Positions 1 through 7,538 of a stretch of DNA of 24,116 nucleotides are shown here, piece by piece. Under the pieces are notes generated by a model. That model had not been told where the DNA came from, did no database searches, and was given only the letters and a program-made list of their open reading frames with translations. Origin of the DNA: Deinococcaceae bacterium (GTDB lineage: Bacteria > Deinococcota > Deinococci > Deinococcales > Trueperaceae); assembly GCA_040256005.1 (NCBI GenBank), contig JBDZWC010000017.1:1-24116 (forward strand), given 5' to 3'. The position numbers were made by a program, and so were the translations under genes. Numbering within the stretch: position 1 is the first letter of the stretch; every line of letters begins with the position of its first letter.

Positions 1-158
1 CAAGCCACTACACGGCTTTACCTAGACCCGTTCGGAAGATACAAGCCACTACCAACCCTGTGAATAGCGCAACCGCAAGGTTGCACGATAAACGCCGTCA
101 GGGACGCGCATAGGGGAACCGGCCGCGCGGCAACTATGCACTAGCTTGGTAGTGGCTT
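1..158. repeat. Repeat set: CAAGCCACTAC direct copies at 1-11 and 42-52; perfect 13-bp inverted repeat AAGCCACTACCAA (43-55) / TTGGTAGTGGCTT (146-158)
   Basis: Read directly from the sequence. The direct copies are separated by 30 nt (12-41). GC over 1-160 is about 57% by hand count, visibly lower than the flanking genes. Confidence 0.9.
43..158. ncRNA. Candidate structured non-coding element of unknown family (three-way junction)
   Basis: A 13-bp closing stem encloses stem A (CCCTG 56-60 / CAGGG 99-103, with inner GCGCAACC-GCAA-GGTTGCAC at 67-86) and stem B (GCGCATAG 106-113 / CTATGCAC 134-141, with inner GCCG/CGGC). There is no evidence of transcription and the strand is ambiguous. Confidence 0.4.
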
Positions 159-237
159 CGGCGCCGAGAAGACCTGCGAGAAGGCCCCCCGGGAGAATGT
201 GGCGTACGACCACGATGGCCGCCTCGTGGACCCGTGA

Positions 238-1839
238 TCACGACCCGCATGACCCTCCTCCGTGCGCTTGCAGGGGGGTAGCGAGCAGCGCCTCGACTCG
301 CGGCCTGGCGGACTCGGAGGCCTCACTGTCCAGGAAGGACAGCCGCAGGCGCCTGGCCAGCACGTCGTCGGCGGTGCACGCCAGTTCGGCGTCCCTTCCG
401 TAGACGACCTCGGCCTCTATGTAGGGGTGGCCGGCGACGAGCCTGTCACCCCAACCCTCCCTGGCCAGCCCGGCCACCAGGCCGGCTCTGTCGCCGTAGG
501 CGCGGTTGAGGTGACGCGCGACGTCAGGTTCCAAGCGGTACTCCGCGACGAGCCGTGCGTCCCCGAACGGGTCGAACCTCGCGCCGCCCACCAGCGGCAG
601 GTCGTGAGTGAGGCTGCCCCTCGCCGGCCGCAGCTCGCCCACCTCGACCGCCGCGTCGACGGCGTCCTCGGCCATGCTCCGGTAGGTCGTCCACTTGCCG
701 CCCGTCGCCGTGACGAGGCCGGAGGGCGACACCGTGATCACGTGGTCGCGCGACAGCCTGGCGGTGCTCTTGATCCCGTTCGCTTGCTCGGCTTCGACGA
801 GTGGCCGCAGCCCGCTCCAGGCGGACAGCACGTCCTCGGTGGACACCGGCAGGTCGAAGTACTTACGAACGTGCCGGAGGATGTACTCGACGTCCTCCGC
901 CGCGGCCGCCGGATGGGCCTCGACCGGAGCGGGGTTGTCGGTGGTGCCGACCAGCGTGTGGCCCAGCCACGGCAGCAAGAACAGGACGCGACCGTCCTCG
1001 GTCTTGGGGATGAGCAGGCCGGTGCCGGGCGGGCTGAAGCGCTGCGGCAGGACGACATGCACGCCGGAGCTGGTCTTGAGCATCGCGGGGGCGTCGGGAT
1101 CGTCGAGGTGCCGCACGGCGTCGGCGAACGGACCGGTGGCGTTCACGACCGCCCTGGCTTCGATGTGGATGGGCGCCGAGGCGCGCAGACGGTCCTCGAC
1201 GACCGCGCCAGCCAGCCGGCCCGAGCGCTTGAGGAGCCCCGTCACCTCCACGTGGTTGGCGACGACGGCGCCGTGCTCGGCGGCCGTCAGGGCCAAGGCG
1301 ACGTTCATGCGGGCGTCGTCGAACTGGCCGTCGTGGTACTCCACGGCGCCGCGCAGGCCCTCGCGACGCAGCATGGGGAAGCGGTCCTTGGCCTCGTCCC
1401 TGCCGATCAGGCGGCTGGGCGCCAGGTTGGCCCTGCCGGCGAGCATGTCGTAGAGCTTCAGGCCCGTGAAGTAGTAAGGCAGCTCGAGGGCGCCGTAGAT
1501 GGGTGTGAGCAGCGGCAACGCGGTGGCCAAATGCGGAGCGTTGCGCAGCAGCACCGCGCGTTCTCGCAACGCCTCCCTGACCAGGCTGAACTGCGACCGG
1601 TCGGCGTGCTTGACGGCCTGCTCCAGGTAACGCACCCCGCCGTGTACGAGCTTGGTGCTGCGGCTGCTGGTCCCCTCCGAGAGGTCCGCACGCTCCACCA
1701 GCGCCACCTTGAGACCCCGGCTGGCGGCGTCCAGGGCAGTGCCCGTGCCCGTGGCGCCGCCGCCGATCACGAGCAGGTCGAAGCGTTCCGCGCCGAGCCT
1801 CCGCAGCGCCGCGTCCCTCCGTTCAGTGGCCAGGGACAT
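238..1839 (-). CDS. glpD: FAD-dependent glycerol-3-phosphate dehydrogenase/oxidase
   Basis: Motifs DLLVIGGGATG (FAD binding), GTSSRSTKLVHGGVRYL, DGQFDDAR, WSGLRPL and GGKWTTYR. The ATG at 1839 overlaps the upstream stop (TGATG) and follows GAGGAG; the ORF track starts one codon earlier at GTG 1842. Confidence 0.93.
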   Translation of the reverse strand: MSLATERRDAALRRLGAERFDLLVIGGGATGTGTALDAASRGLKVALVERADLSEGTSSRSTKLVHGGVRYLEQAVKHADRSQFSLVREALRERAVLLRNAPHLATALPLLTPIYGALELPYYFTGLKLYDMLAGRANLAPSRLIGRDEAKDRFPMLRREGLRGAVEYHDGQFDDARMNVALALTAAEHGAVVANHVEVTGLLKRSGRLAGAVVEDRLRASAPIHIEARAVVNATGPFADAVRHLDDPDAPAMLKTSSGVHVVLPQRFSPPGTGLLIPKTEDGRVLFLLPWLGHTLVGTTDNPAPVEAHPAAAAEDVEYILRHVRKYFDLPVSTEDVLSAWSGLRPLVEAEQANGIKSTARLSRDHVITVSPSGLVTATGGKWTTYRSMAEDAVDAAVEVGELRPARGSLTHDLPLVGGARFDPFGDARLVAEYRLEPDVARHLNRAYGDRAGLVAGLAREGWGDRLVAGHPYIEAEVVYGRDAELACTADDVLARRLRLSFLDSEASESARPRVEALLATPLQAHGGGSCGS

Positions 1840-2810
1840 CACCGCTCCTCCTGGTCCAGCAGGGCCTCGCCGGTGGGGCTGTCGATCACCAGGGTGTTGA
1901 GGAACCCGCCCCGGAGCGCGCCGATCACCCCGGGGATCTTGTTCTCCCCGGCCACGATGCAGATGGCGTGCCTATGTCTGGCCAGCGACTTCAGGTCCGG
2001 CCCGCTCGAGCGCCCGTTCATCGCGATGTCGTCGTAGGTGCCGTCGGCGCGGAAGAAGACGGTGGCGATGTCGCCGACGACCCCCTGGGCACGCAGCGTG
2101 TCGAGCTCAGACTGCTCCACGTAGCCCGCCTTGTACACGTAGCTATCGGCGTCGGGCACGCCGATGCTGAAGAGCGCGATGTCAGCCGCGGCGGCCAGTG
2201 CCAGCGGCCTGGCGATCGCCCGCTCCTGGAACATCGCCGCCTTCGTCGCCGGTTCGTCGAAGTAGGCGGGGATGGGGAGCAGGTAGGCACGAGCCGCGTA
2301 GTTCTCGGCGAAGGCCGCGACGATGTCGGCGGCGTAGGTGATGCCGAGCCCGCTGTTGCCTGAGCCGTTCATCTGCACGACGCGGGCGCCCTCGAGGGGC
2401 TTGGGTATGAGCTTGCTGGCCAGCAGCGATACGGTCGCCCCCCACGCCAGCGTCAGGGTCGTCCCGGGCTCCATGAGGCTGTTGAGGTAGTGCGCCGTGA
2501 AGGCGGCGACCGCCAGTTGCCGCTCGGCCGTGTCGGTGTCGGGATGCACGGGCACGACCTTGACGTCGCCGACGCCGAACCTCTCCTCGAGCCTGGTCTC
2601 GAGCTCGAGTTGCCTCTCGCGATGATCGATGATCCTGAACTCGACCAGGCCGTGCGAGCGGGCCCAGCTGAGGAGCCGCGAGACGGTGGGCCTGGCGACC
2701 CCGAGCAGGCGAGCGATCTCGGTGGTCGTATGGCCGAGGTGGTAGTACATGCGCGCCACCCGGAGGGCGTCGTCGAAGGCGTCGTCGTCGTTCCTACCGG
2801 ACGGGGTCAC
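1839..2810 (-). CDS. SorC/DeoR(B. subtilis)/LsrR-type sugar-binding transcriptional regulator
   Basis: N-terminal HTH (VARMYY...TTTEIARLLGVARPTVSRLL) and a C-terminal sugar-phosphate-binding domain (WGAT, ADIALFSIG, VGDIATVFF, GENK, NTLVID). GTG start overlaps the HAD stop. Confidence 0.9.
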   Translation of the reverse strand: MTPSGRNDDDAFDDALRVARMYYHLGHTTTEIARLLGVARPTVSRLLSWARSHGLVEFRIIDHRERQLELETRLEERFGVGDVKVVPVHPDTDTAERQLAVAAFTAHYLNSLMEPGTTLTLAWGATVSLLASKLIPKPLEGARVVQMNGSGNSGLGITYAADIVAAFAENYAARAYLLPIPAYFDEPATKAAMFQERAIARPLALAAAADIALFSIGVPDADSYVYKAGYVEQSELDTLRAQGVVGDIATVFFRADGTYDDIAMNGRSSGPDLKSLARHRHAICIVAGENKIPGVIGALRGGFLNTLVIDSPTGEALLDQEER

Positions 2811-3637
2811 CGGACCGGCCTTCCCTCCGCCGCGGCCAGACCGAGACGCCCGGCCAGCTCATGCAGGTCCGCGACGACGAGGTCGGCCCGGTAAGGGCTG
2901 GCAGCCAGCTCGGCGCGCGTCGACTCTCCTGTCAGCGTCAACACCGCGACGAAGCCGTGCTCGTTCGCCATGCGCATGTCCGTGTAGAGCCTGTCGCCCA
3001 CGAACGCCACGCGCTGCGGGGCGGGCCGGCCCCGGGCCGTGGCCTGCGCCGCCAGTCGCTGCCGGATCGCCGCCGCCATGCCCGCGGTGGGCTTGCCCAG
3101 GATCACCGGTTCGCGCCCGGTAGCGGCGTGGAACAGCGCGATGAACGCTCCGCAGTCGGGGATGGGCCCGTCCGGGGTGGGACAGACGAGATCCGGGTGC
3201 GTGGCGAAGTACGGCAGACCGGCTCTCAGCAGATGGGAGACGGCGCGGACCCTGTCGTAGTCCAGCGACGTGTCGAACGTGAGCAGCACGGCCTGAGGAT
3301 CGTCCTCGTCGTGGGCGACGCCGGCCTCGGCGAGCTCGGCCTGCACCTCCGGCGTGGCTACCAGGTAGGCGCGAGCCACTCCCGCCGAACCGAGGTGGTG
3401 GGCGGCCGCGTGCGTCGAGGTGAGCACATGCTCGAGGCCCGCCCGAATGCCCATCGATGTGAGGCGCTGAACGTAGCCGCCGGCCGGCACGCTCGAGTTG
3501 TTCGTCGCGAAGACGTACGGCACGGCGGCCCGGCTGAGCGCCTCGAACAGCTCCCTCGCCCCGGGCAGTGGCTCAGCGGACAGGTAGACGGTGCCGTCGA
3601 GGTCGAAGGCCAGGGCGTCGGGCGTGGGCATCGGCAT
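2807..3637 (-). CDS. HAD-IIA (NagD/AraL-like) phosphatase
   Basis: Motif I FDLDGTVY, motif II TNNS, motif III GKP, motif IV GDRLYTD. Confidence 0.92.
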   Translation of the reverse strand: MPMPTPDALAFDLDGTVYLSAEPLPGARELFEALSRAAVPYVFATNNSSVPAGGYVQRLTSMGIRAGLEHVLTSTHAAAHHLGSAGVARAYLVATPEVQAELAEAGVAHDEDDPQAVLLTFDTSLDYDRVRAVSHLLRAGLPYFATHPDLVCPTPDGPIPDCGAFIALFHAATGREPVILGKPTAGMAAAIRQRLAAQATARGRPAPQRVAFVGDRLYTDMRMANEHGFVAVLTLTGESTRAELAASPYRADLVVADLHELAGRLGLAAAEGRPVR

Positions 3638-3676
3638 GGCTGCTAAGACTCGGCGTCGCGGGCCAGCGCCGCTGCG

Positions 3677-3797
3677 GCTACGGATGTGCGAAGGCTGTGC
3701 ACAGGTGTGCCGAGGTTAGCACCGGCACCTCGCGTGGTCAAGAAACCGCGTCCTGGAGGGTAGTTACACCTGTTCCGGCCGGATTGACAGACGTGCA
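3677..3797. promoter_or_regulatory. Four candidate operator boxes (AC(A/G)-N2-(T/C)GT core) in two pairs: 3677-3690 with 3698-3711, and 3763-3776 with 3784-3797
   Basis: GCTACGGATGTGCG, TGCACAGGTGTGCC, GTTACACCTGTTCC, TTGACAGACGTGCA. Each pair has a 21-bp period. The inner boxes share ACAGGTGT in inverted orientation. Assignment to the SorC-family regulator is inference. Confidence 0.55.
3713..3741 (-). promoter_or_regulatory. Sigma70-type promoter for the HAD-regulator-glpD operon
   Basis: Minus strand reads TTGACC-17 bp-TAACCT with a TGn extension. Confidence 0.7.
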
Positions 3798-3812
3798 CGA
3801 CGATGCTACGGT
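3784..3812 (+). promoter_or_regulatory. Sigma70-type promoter for the phnD-like operon
   Basis: TTGACA (3784-3789), 17 bp, TACGGT (3807-3812) with a TGn extension. Confidence 0.7.
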
Positions 3813-3956
3813 TGCCGACGTCCACCACACCCGCCTCGGTTCGCGGCCCTCCTGGCCGTGGCTCGGGGGGACAGACCCTGAAACGTCCGGGCTGGCGCCG
3901 GTCACCGCTGCGCCTCAGGGGTAGGCAAGAACTCAGGGTAGGAAGAGGAGGGGACG

Positions 3957-4955
3957 ATGTACTTCTCACGCGCCCGCAAGGGCACCGGCTACTTCGCGTT
4001 CGCGGCCCTGGTGGCCGCGCTCATCCTGGCGTTGCTCCCTGCCGGCCTGGCGCAGGAGTGCGCGAACCGCGGCGACCTCGACACGCAGTACTGCGACGCG
4101 GACGGCGACCTGGTGGCCGACGCTCCCACGGACGAGAGCCAGTGGATCGATCCCGACACGCTCTTCTTCGCCTACACGCCTGTCGAGGACCCTGCCATCT
4201 ACGAGGACATCTGGGAGCCCTTCATCCAGCACCTCAGGGACGTGACCGGCAAGGACGTGCGGTTCTTCGCGGTGCAGTCGAACTCGGCCGAGGTCGAGGC
4301 GATGCGCTCCGGTAGGCTCCACATCGCGGGCTTCTCGACCGGGCCGACACCGTTCGCCGTGAACCTGGCCGGCGCGGTCCCGTTCGCGATCATGGGGAAC
4401 GAGTCGGGACGCTTCGGCTACACCCTGCAGGTCTACGTCAGGGCGGACTCCGACATCCAGGAGATGACCGACCTCAAGGGCAAGGTCGTGGCCCACACCG
4501 CTCCCACCTCCAACTCGGGCCACCAGGCGCCGTCAGCGCTGTTCCCGCGCCTGGGCGTCGTACCGGGTGAGGACTACGAGATCGTCTTCTCGGGCAGCCA
4601 CGACAACTCGATCCTGGGCGTGGTGGCCGGCGACTACGACGCCGCTCCCGTCGCTTCCGAGGTCGTGGAACGCATGGCGGCGCGGGGCCTCTACGACCCC
4701 GAGGAACTCCGCATCATCTACGAGACCAGCCCCTTCCCGACCACGTCCTACAACTACGTCTACAACCTCCACCCCGACCTGGTCGAGAAGATCAAGGAAG
4801 CGTTCTTCACGTTCGACTTCACCGGCACCGCCCTGGGTGACGAGTTCGAGGGGCTGACGCAGTTCGTGCCCATCGACTACCAGACGGACTGGGAGATCAT
4901 CCGCCAGATCCAGGAGACGAACGGCGTCGAGTACACGCCGGCGAACCTGGAGTAA
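3957..4955 (+). CDS. phnD: PhnD-family phosphate/phosphite/phosphonate ABC transporter substrate-binding protein
   Basis: Sec signal peptide (ALILALLPAGLAQ), EAMRSGRLHIA, S-N-S-G phosphoryl-binding loop, GSHDNSILGV. Strong RBS GAGGAGG. Confidence 0.85.
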   Translation: MYFSRARKGTGYFAFAALVAALILALLPAGLAQECANRGDLDTQYCDADGDLVADAPTDESQWIDPDTLFFAYTPVEDPAIYEDIWEPFIQHLRDVTGKDVRFFAVQSNSAEVEAMRSGRLHIAGFSTGPTPFAVNLAGAVPFAIMGNESGRFGYTLQVYVRADSDIQEMTDLKGKVVAHTAPTSNSGHQAPSALFPRLGVVPGEDYEIVFSGSHDNSILGVVAGDYDAAPVASEVVERMAARGLYDPEELRIIYETSPFPTTSYNYVYNLHPDLVEKIKEAFFTFDFTGTALGDEFEGLTQFVPIDYQTDWEIIRQIQETNGVEYTPANLE

Positions 4956-4968
4956 GCGCAGGGCCCGA

Positions 4969-5008
4969 GGCGGGGAGCGTCGCGCGTTCCTGGCGGCGCC
5001 CCCCCGCC
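4969..5008 (+). other. Intercistronic GC-rich stem-loop after the binding-protein gene
   Basis: GGCGGGG/CCCCGCC and GCGTCGC/GCGGCGC arms with no U-tract. The position is typical of hairpins that stabilise binding-protein mRNA. Confidence 0.5.
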
Positions 5009-5037
5009 CTCCTCCGCTAGAGTCTCGCTATCTCACG

Positions 5038-5865
5038 ATGATCCTAGATATCGACAAGCTCTCCAAGCGCTACGGGTCGGGCGAGCTGGTGCTCAAAGAG
5101 CTCGACCTGCACATCTCGGGCAGCGGCATCACCGCGATCATCGGCTCTTCCGGCGCCGGCAAGAGCACGCTGCTGCGGTGCATCAACCGCCTCGTCGAGC
5201 CCACCTCTGGCTCGATCACGCTGGACGGCGTGGAGCTGACCGCGCTGCAGGGCGCCGCCCTGCGGAACATGCGGCGCTCGATAGGCATGATCTTCCAGAA
5301 CTTCAACCTCATAGACCGCCTCAGCGTGATGGAGAACGTGCTGTCCGGGCGGTTGGGCTTCGTCAGCTTCTTCCAGGCGGCGTCGCGCCGTTACCCACAG
5401 GCGGACATCGACAAGGCGTTCGGGCTGCTCGAGCGCGTCGGCCTGCAGGACTACGTCAACAAACGTGCCGACACGCTTTCGGGCGGCCAGAGGCAGAGGG
5501 TGGGCGTGGTGCGCGCGCTGATGCAGGAGCCCAAGGTGCTGCTGGCGGACGAGCCCACGGCCTCGCTCGACCCCAAGACCTCGGTCCAGATACTCGAGCT
5601 CATCGGCGACATCTCCAGCGAGCTGGGTCTGCCGGTGCTGCTCAACATCCACAACGTGGCGCAGGCGCGCCAGTTCGCCCAACGCATCGTCGGCCTCCGC
5701 TTCGGGACGATCATCTTCGACGGCGCTCCCGCGGACCTCGACGAGGCCGCCCTCGACAGCATCTACGAGGGCACGGCCGGCACCGGCGACGAGGACGACT
5801 GGACACCTATCAGGAGACGCGACGAGGTGCCGGGCGCCGGCGACCTGGTGGAGGACAGGGCCTGA
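5038..5865 (+). CDS. phnC: PhnC-family ABC ATPase
   Basis: Walker A GSSGAGKST, LLRCINRLVEPT, signature LSGGQRQRV, Walker B LLADEP, ASLDP. Confidence 0.9.
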   Translation: MILDIDKLSKRYGSGELVLKELDLHISGSGITAIIGSSGAGKSTLLRCINRLVEPTSGSITLDGVELTALQGAALRNMRRSIGMIFQNFNLIDRLSVMENVLSGRLGFVSFFQAASRRYPQADIDKAFGLLERVGLQDYVNKRADTLSGGQRQRVGVVRALMQEPKVLLADEPTASLDPKTSVQILELIGDISSELGLPVLLNIHNVAQARQFAQRIVGLRFGTIIFDGAPADLDEAALDSIYEGTAGTGDEDDWTPIRRRDEVPGAGDLVEDRA

Positions 5866-5866
5866 C

Positions 5867-6673
5867 GTGAGCGTCACTCTGCCACCGGAGAGCCGCCGCT
5901 GGCGCAAGCCGCCCGCGATAGCCAACCCGTACGCTCGCTACGCGCTGTTCGCCGCCGTGGCGGCGTACCTGGTGTGGGCCGTGGCGTCGCTCGAGCTCAG
6001 CTGGGCCCGCATCATGACCGGCATCCCACGGGCGGTCCAGATCTTCAGCCGCGCCTTCCCACCAGATTTCTCCCGGCGCGGCCTCATGATCGACGGGTTC
6101 GTCGAGAGCATCCAGATCGCGCTTGTCGCCACGCTGATCGGCGTCGTGCTGAGCCTCGTGCTGGGCATACTGGCGGCCCGGAACGTCGTGCCGCGGGCGG
6201 TCTACCTCGTGGGCAGGGCGATCATCTCCATCGCCCGCAGCTTCCATCCGGTGATCGTGGCGATCATCTTCGTCAAGGCCGTCGGATTCGGGCCGTTCGC
6301 CGGGATCCTCACGCTGGTCATCTACTCGATCGGCTTCGTGGGCAAGCTCATGGCCGAGGCCATCGAGGAGATCGACCCCGGTCAGGTGGAGGCCGTGCGC
6401 GCCAGCGGGGCAGGCTTCTTCAAGGTCCTCACCTACGCCGTCTTCCCTCAGGTCCTGCCGCGACAGGTGGGCCTCTCCATCTACCAGCTCGACTCCAACC
6501 TGCGCGCCTCCGCGATCGTCGGCATCGTCGGCGCCGGCGGCATCGGCGGCACGCTGATGAACTCCTTCCGGCGCTTCGACTACGACTTCTCGCTGGCGAT
6601 CCTGATCGTGATGATCGTGATCATCCTCATCAGTGAGGCGTTGAGCGGCCGCATCCGAGGGGCGCTCACGTGA
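5867..6673 (+). CDS. phnE: PhnE-family ABC permease
   Basis: Hydrophobic. Contains GKLMAEAIEEID...VEAVRASGA and NLRASAIVGIVGAGGIG. Confidence 0.9.
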   Translation: MSVTLPPESRRWRKPPAIANPYARYALFAAVAAYLVWAVASLELSWARIMTGIPRAVQIFSRAFPPDFSRRGLMIDGFVESIQIALVATLIGVVLSLVLGILAARNVVPRAVYLVGRAIISIARSFHPVIVAIIFVKAVGFGPFAGILTLVIYSIGFVGKLMAEAIEEIDPGQVEAVRASGAGFFKVLTYAVFPQVLPRQVGLSIYQLDSNLRASAIVGIVGAGGIGGTLMNSFRRFDYDFSLAILIVMIVIILISEALSGRIRGALT

Positions 6674-7458
6674 CCGGCTACCACTGGCAGCGCTACACCT
6701 TCGCGCAGCGCATGTGGCGCTACCTGGCGTACCTGGCCACGGTGGCCGTGATGGTGTGGGCCGTCAAGGACCTCGACATCTACTGGCCGTGGGTCAAGGA
6801 CGCCCCGGTTCAGATCGCGGACCTGCTGGGCCGCATGAGCCCGCCGAAACTGGAGAACCTGCGCCAGATCGGCTCCGCCCTGATCGAGACCGTGCACATC
6901 GCGACCATCGCCACTCTCCTCGCCCTGGTGCTGGCGGTGCCCACCGCCTACATCGCGGCCCGCAACACCACGCCCAACCAGGCCCTGCTGTGGCTGGGTC
7001 GCTTCATCGTCGTCTCCACCCGCTCGGTGAACACGATCATCTGGGCCCTCCTCTTCGTCGCCATCTTCGGGCCCGGCGTGGTGGCCGGCATCCTGGCCAT
7101 CGCGTTCCGGTCCATCGGTTTCGTGGGGAAGCTGATGGCCGAGGCGATCGAGGAGATCGACAAGCGGCAGGTCGAGGCCATACAGGCCACGGGCGCCGGC
7201 CCGGCCAAGGTCGTACTGTACGGCATCGTGCCCCAGGTGCTCCCCGCCTTCTTCGCCGTCGCCATCCTCCGCTGGGACATCAACATCCGCGAGTCCACGG
7301 TGCTGGGCCTGGTGGGCGCCGGCGGCATCGGGCTCATCCTGCAGAGCGCCATCGACCTGTTCGACTGGCGCACGGTGGCCACGGTGCTCATCGCGATCCT
7401 CGGCATCGTGATCCTCGGCGAGCTGGTGTCGGCGGCGCTCAGGCGACGCGTGCTCTAG
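6670..7458 (+). CDS. phnE: PhnE-family ABC permease (second subunit)
   Basis: Contains GKLMAEAIEEID...EAIQATGA and NIRESTVLGLVGAGGIG. GTGA overlap with the upstream gene. Confidence 0.9.
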   Translation: MTGYHWQRYTFAQRMWRYLAYLATVAVMVWAVKDLDIYWPWVKDAPVQIADLLGRMSPPKLENLRQIGSALIETVHIATIATLLALVLAVPTAYIAARNTTPNQALLWLGRFIVVSTRSVNTIIWALLFVAIFGPGVVAGILAIAFRSIGFVGKLMAEAIEEIDKRQVEAIQATGAGPAKVVLYGIVPQVLPAFFAVAILRWDINIRESTVLGLVGAGGIGLILQSAIDLFDWRTVATVLIAILGIVILGELVSAALRRRVL

Positions 7459-7538
7459 CCCGCCTCGTGCCCGACCCGACCACGTTCCCCTCGCATGTGC
7501 TCTAGCGTGTCGCCAAGAACGCCAGGGAGGTGCATCAG

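Noticed and set aside
1..55. Canonical CRISPR array
   Set aside because: Only two 11-nt copies with a 41-nt period are visible and there are no cas genes in the window. Kept only as a non-canonical hypothesis.
43..158. MITE with 13-bp terminal inverted repeats
   Set aside because: The flanks (GATAC and CGGCG) show no target-site duplication. Not fully excluded without genome-wide copy counts.
40..185. Cobalamin riboswitch (AGCCACT and GAAGACCTGC resemble B12-box pieces)
   Set aside because: The core elements are not in the right order and no downstream gene lies on that strand; it faces the 3' end of glpD.
3643..3969. ORFs within the divergent intergenic region
   Set aside because: They overlap two well-formed promoters and the operator boxes, and their composition is not protein-like.
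3957..7458. Phosphonate (C-P lyase) or phosphite utilisation cluster
   Set aside because: No phnG-M, phnX/W or ptxD in the window. The context points to glycerol phosphate.
7450..7506. 10-bp direct repeat GTGCTCTAGC at 7450-7459 and 7497-7506
   Set aside because: A single short duplication around the phnE stop with no mobile-element features. Probably chance or a small local duplication.
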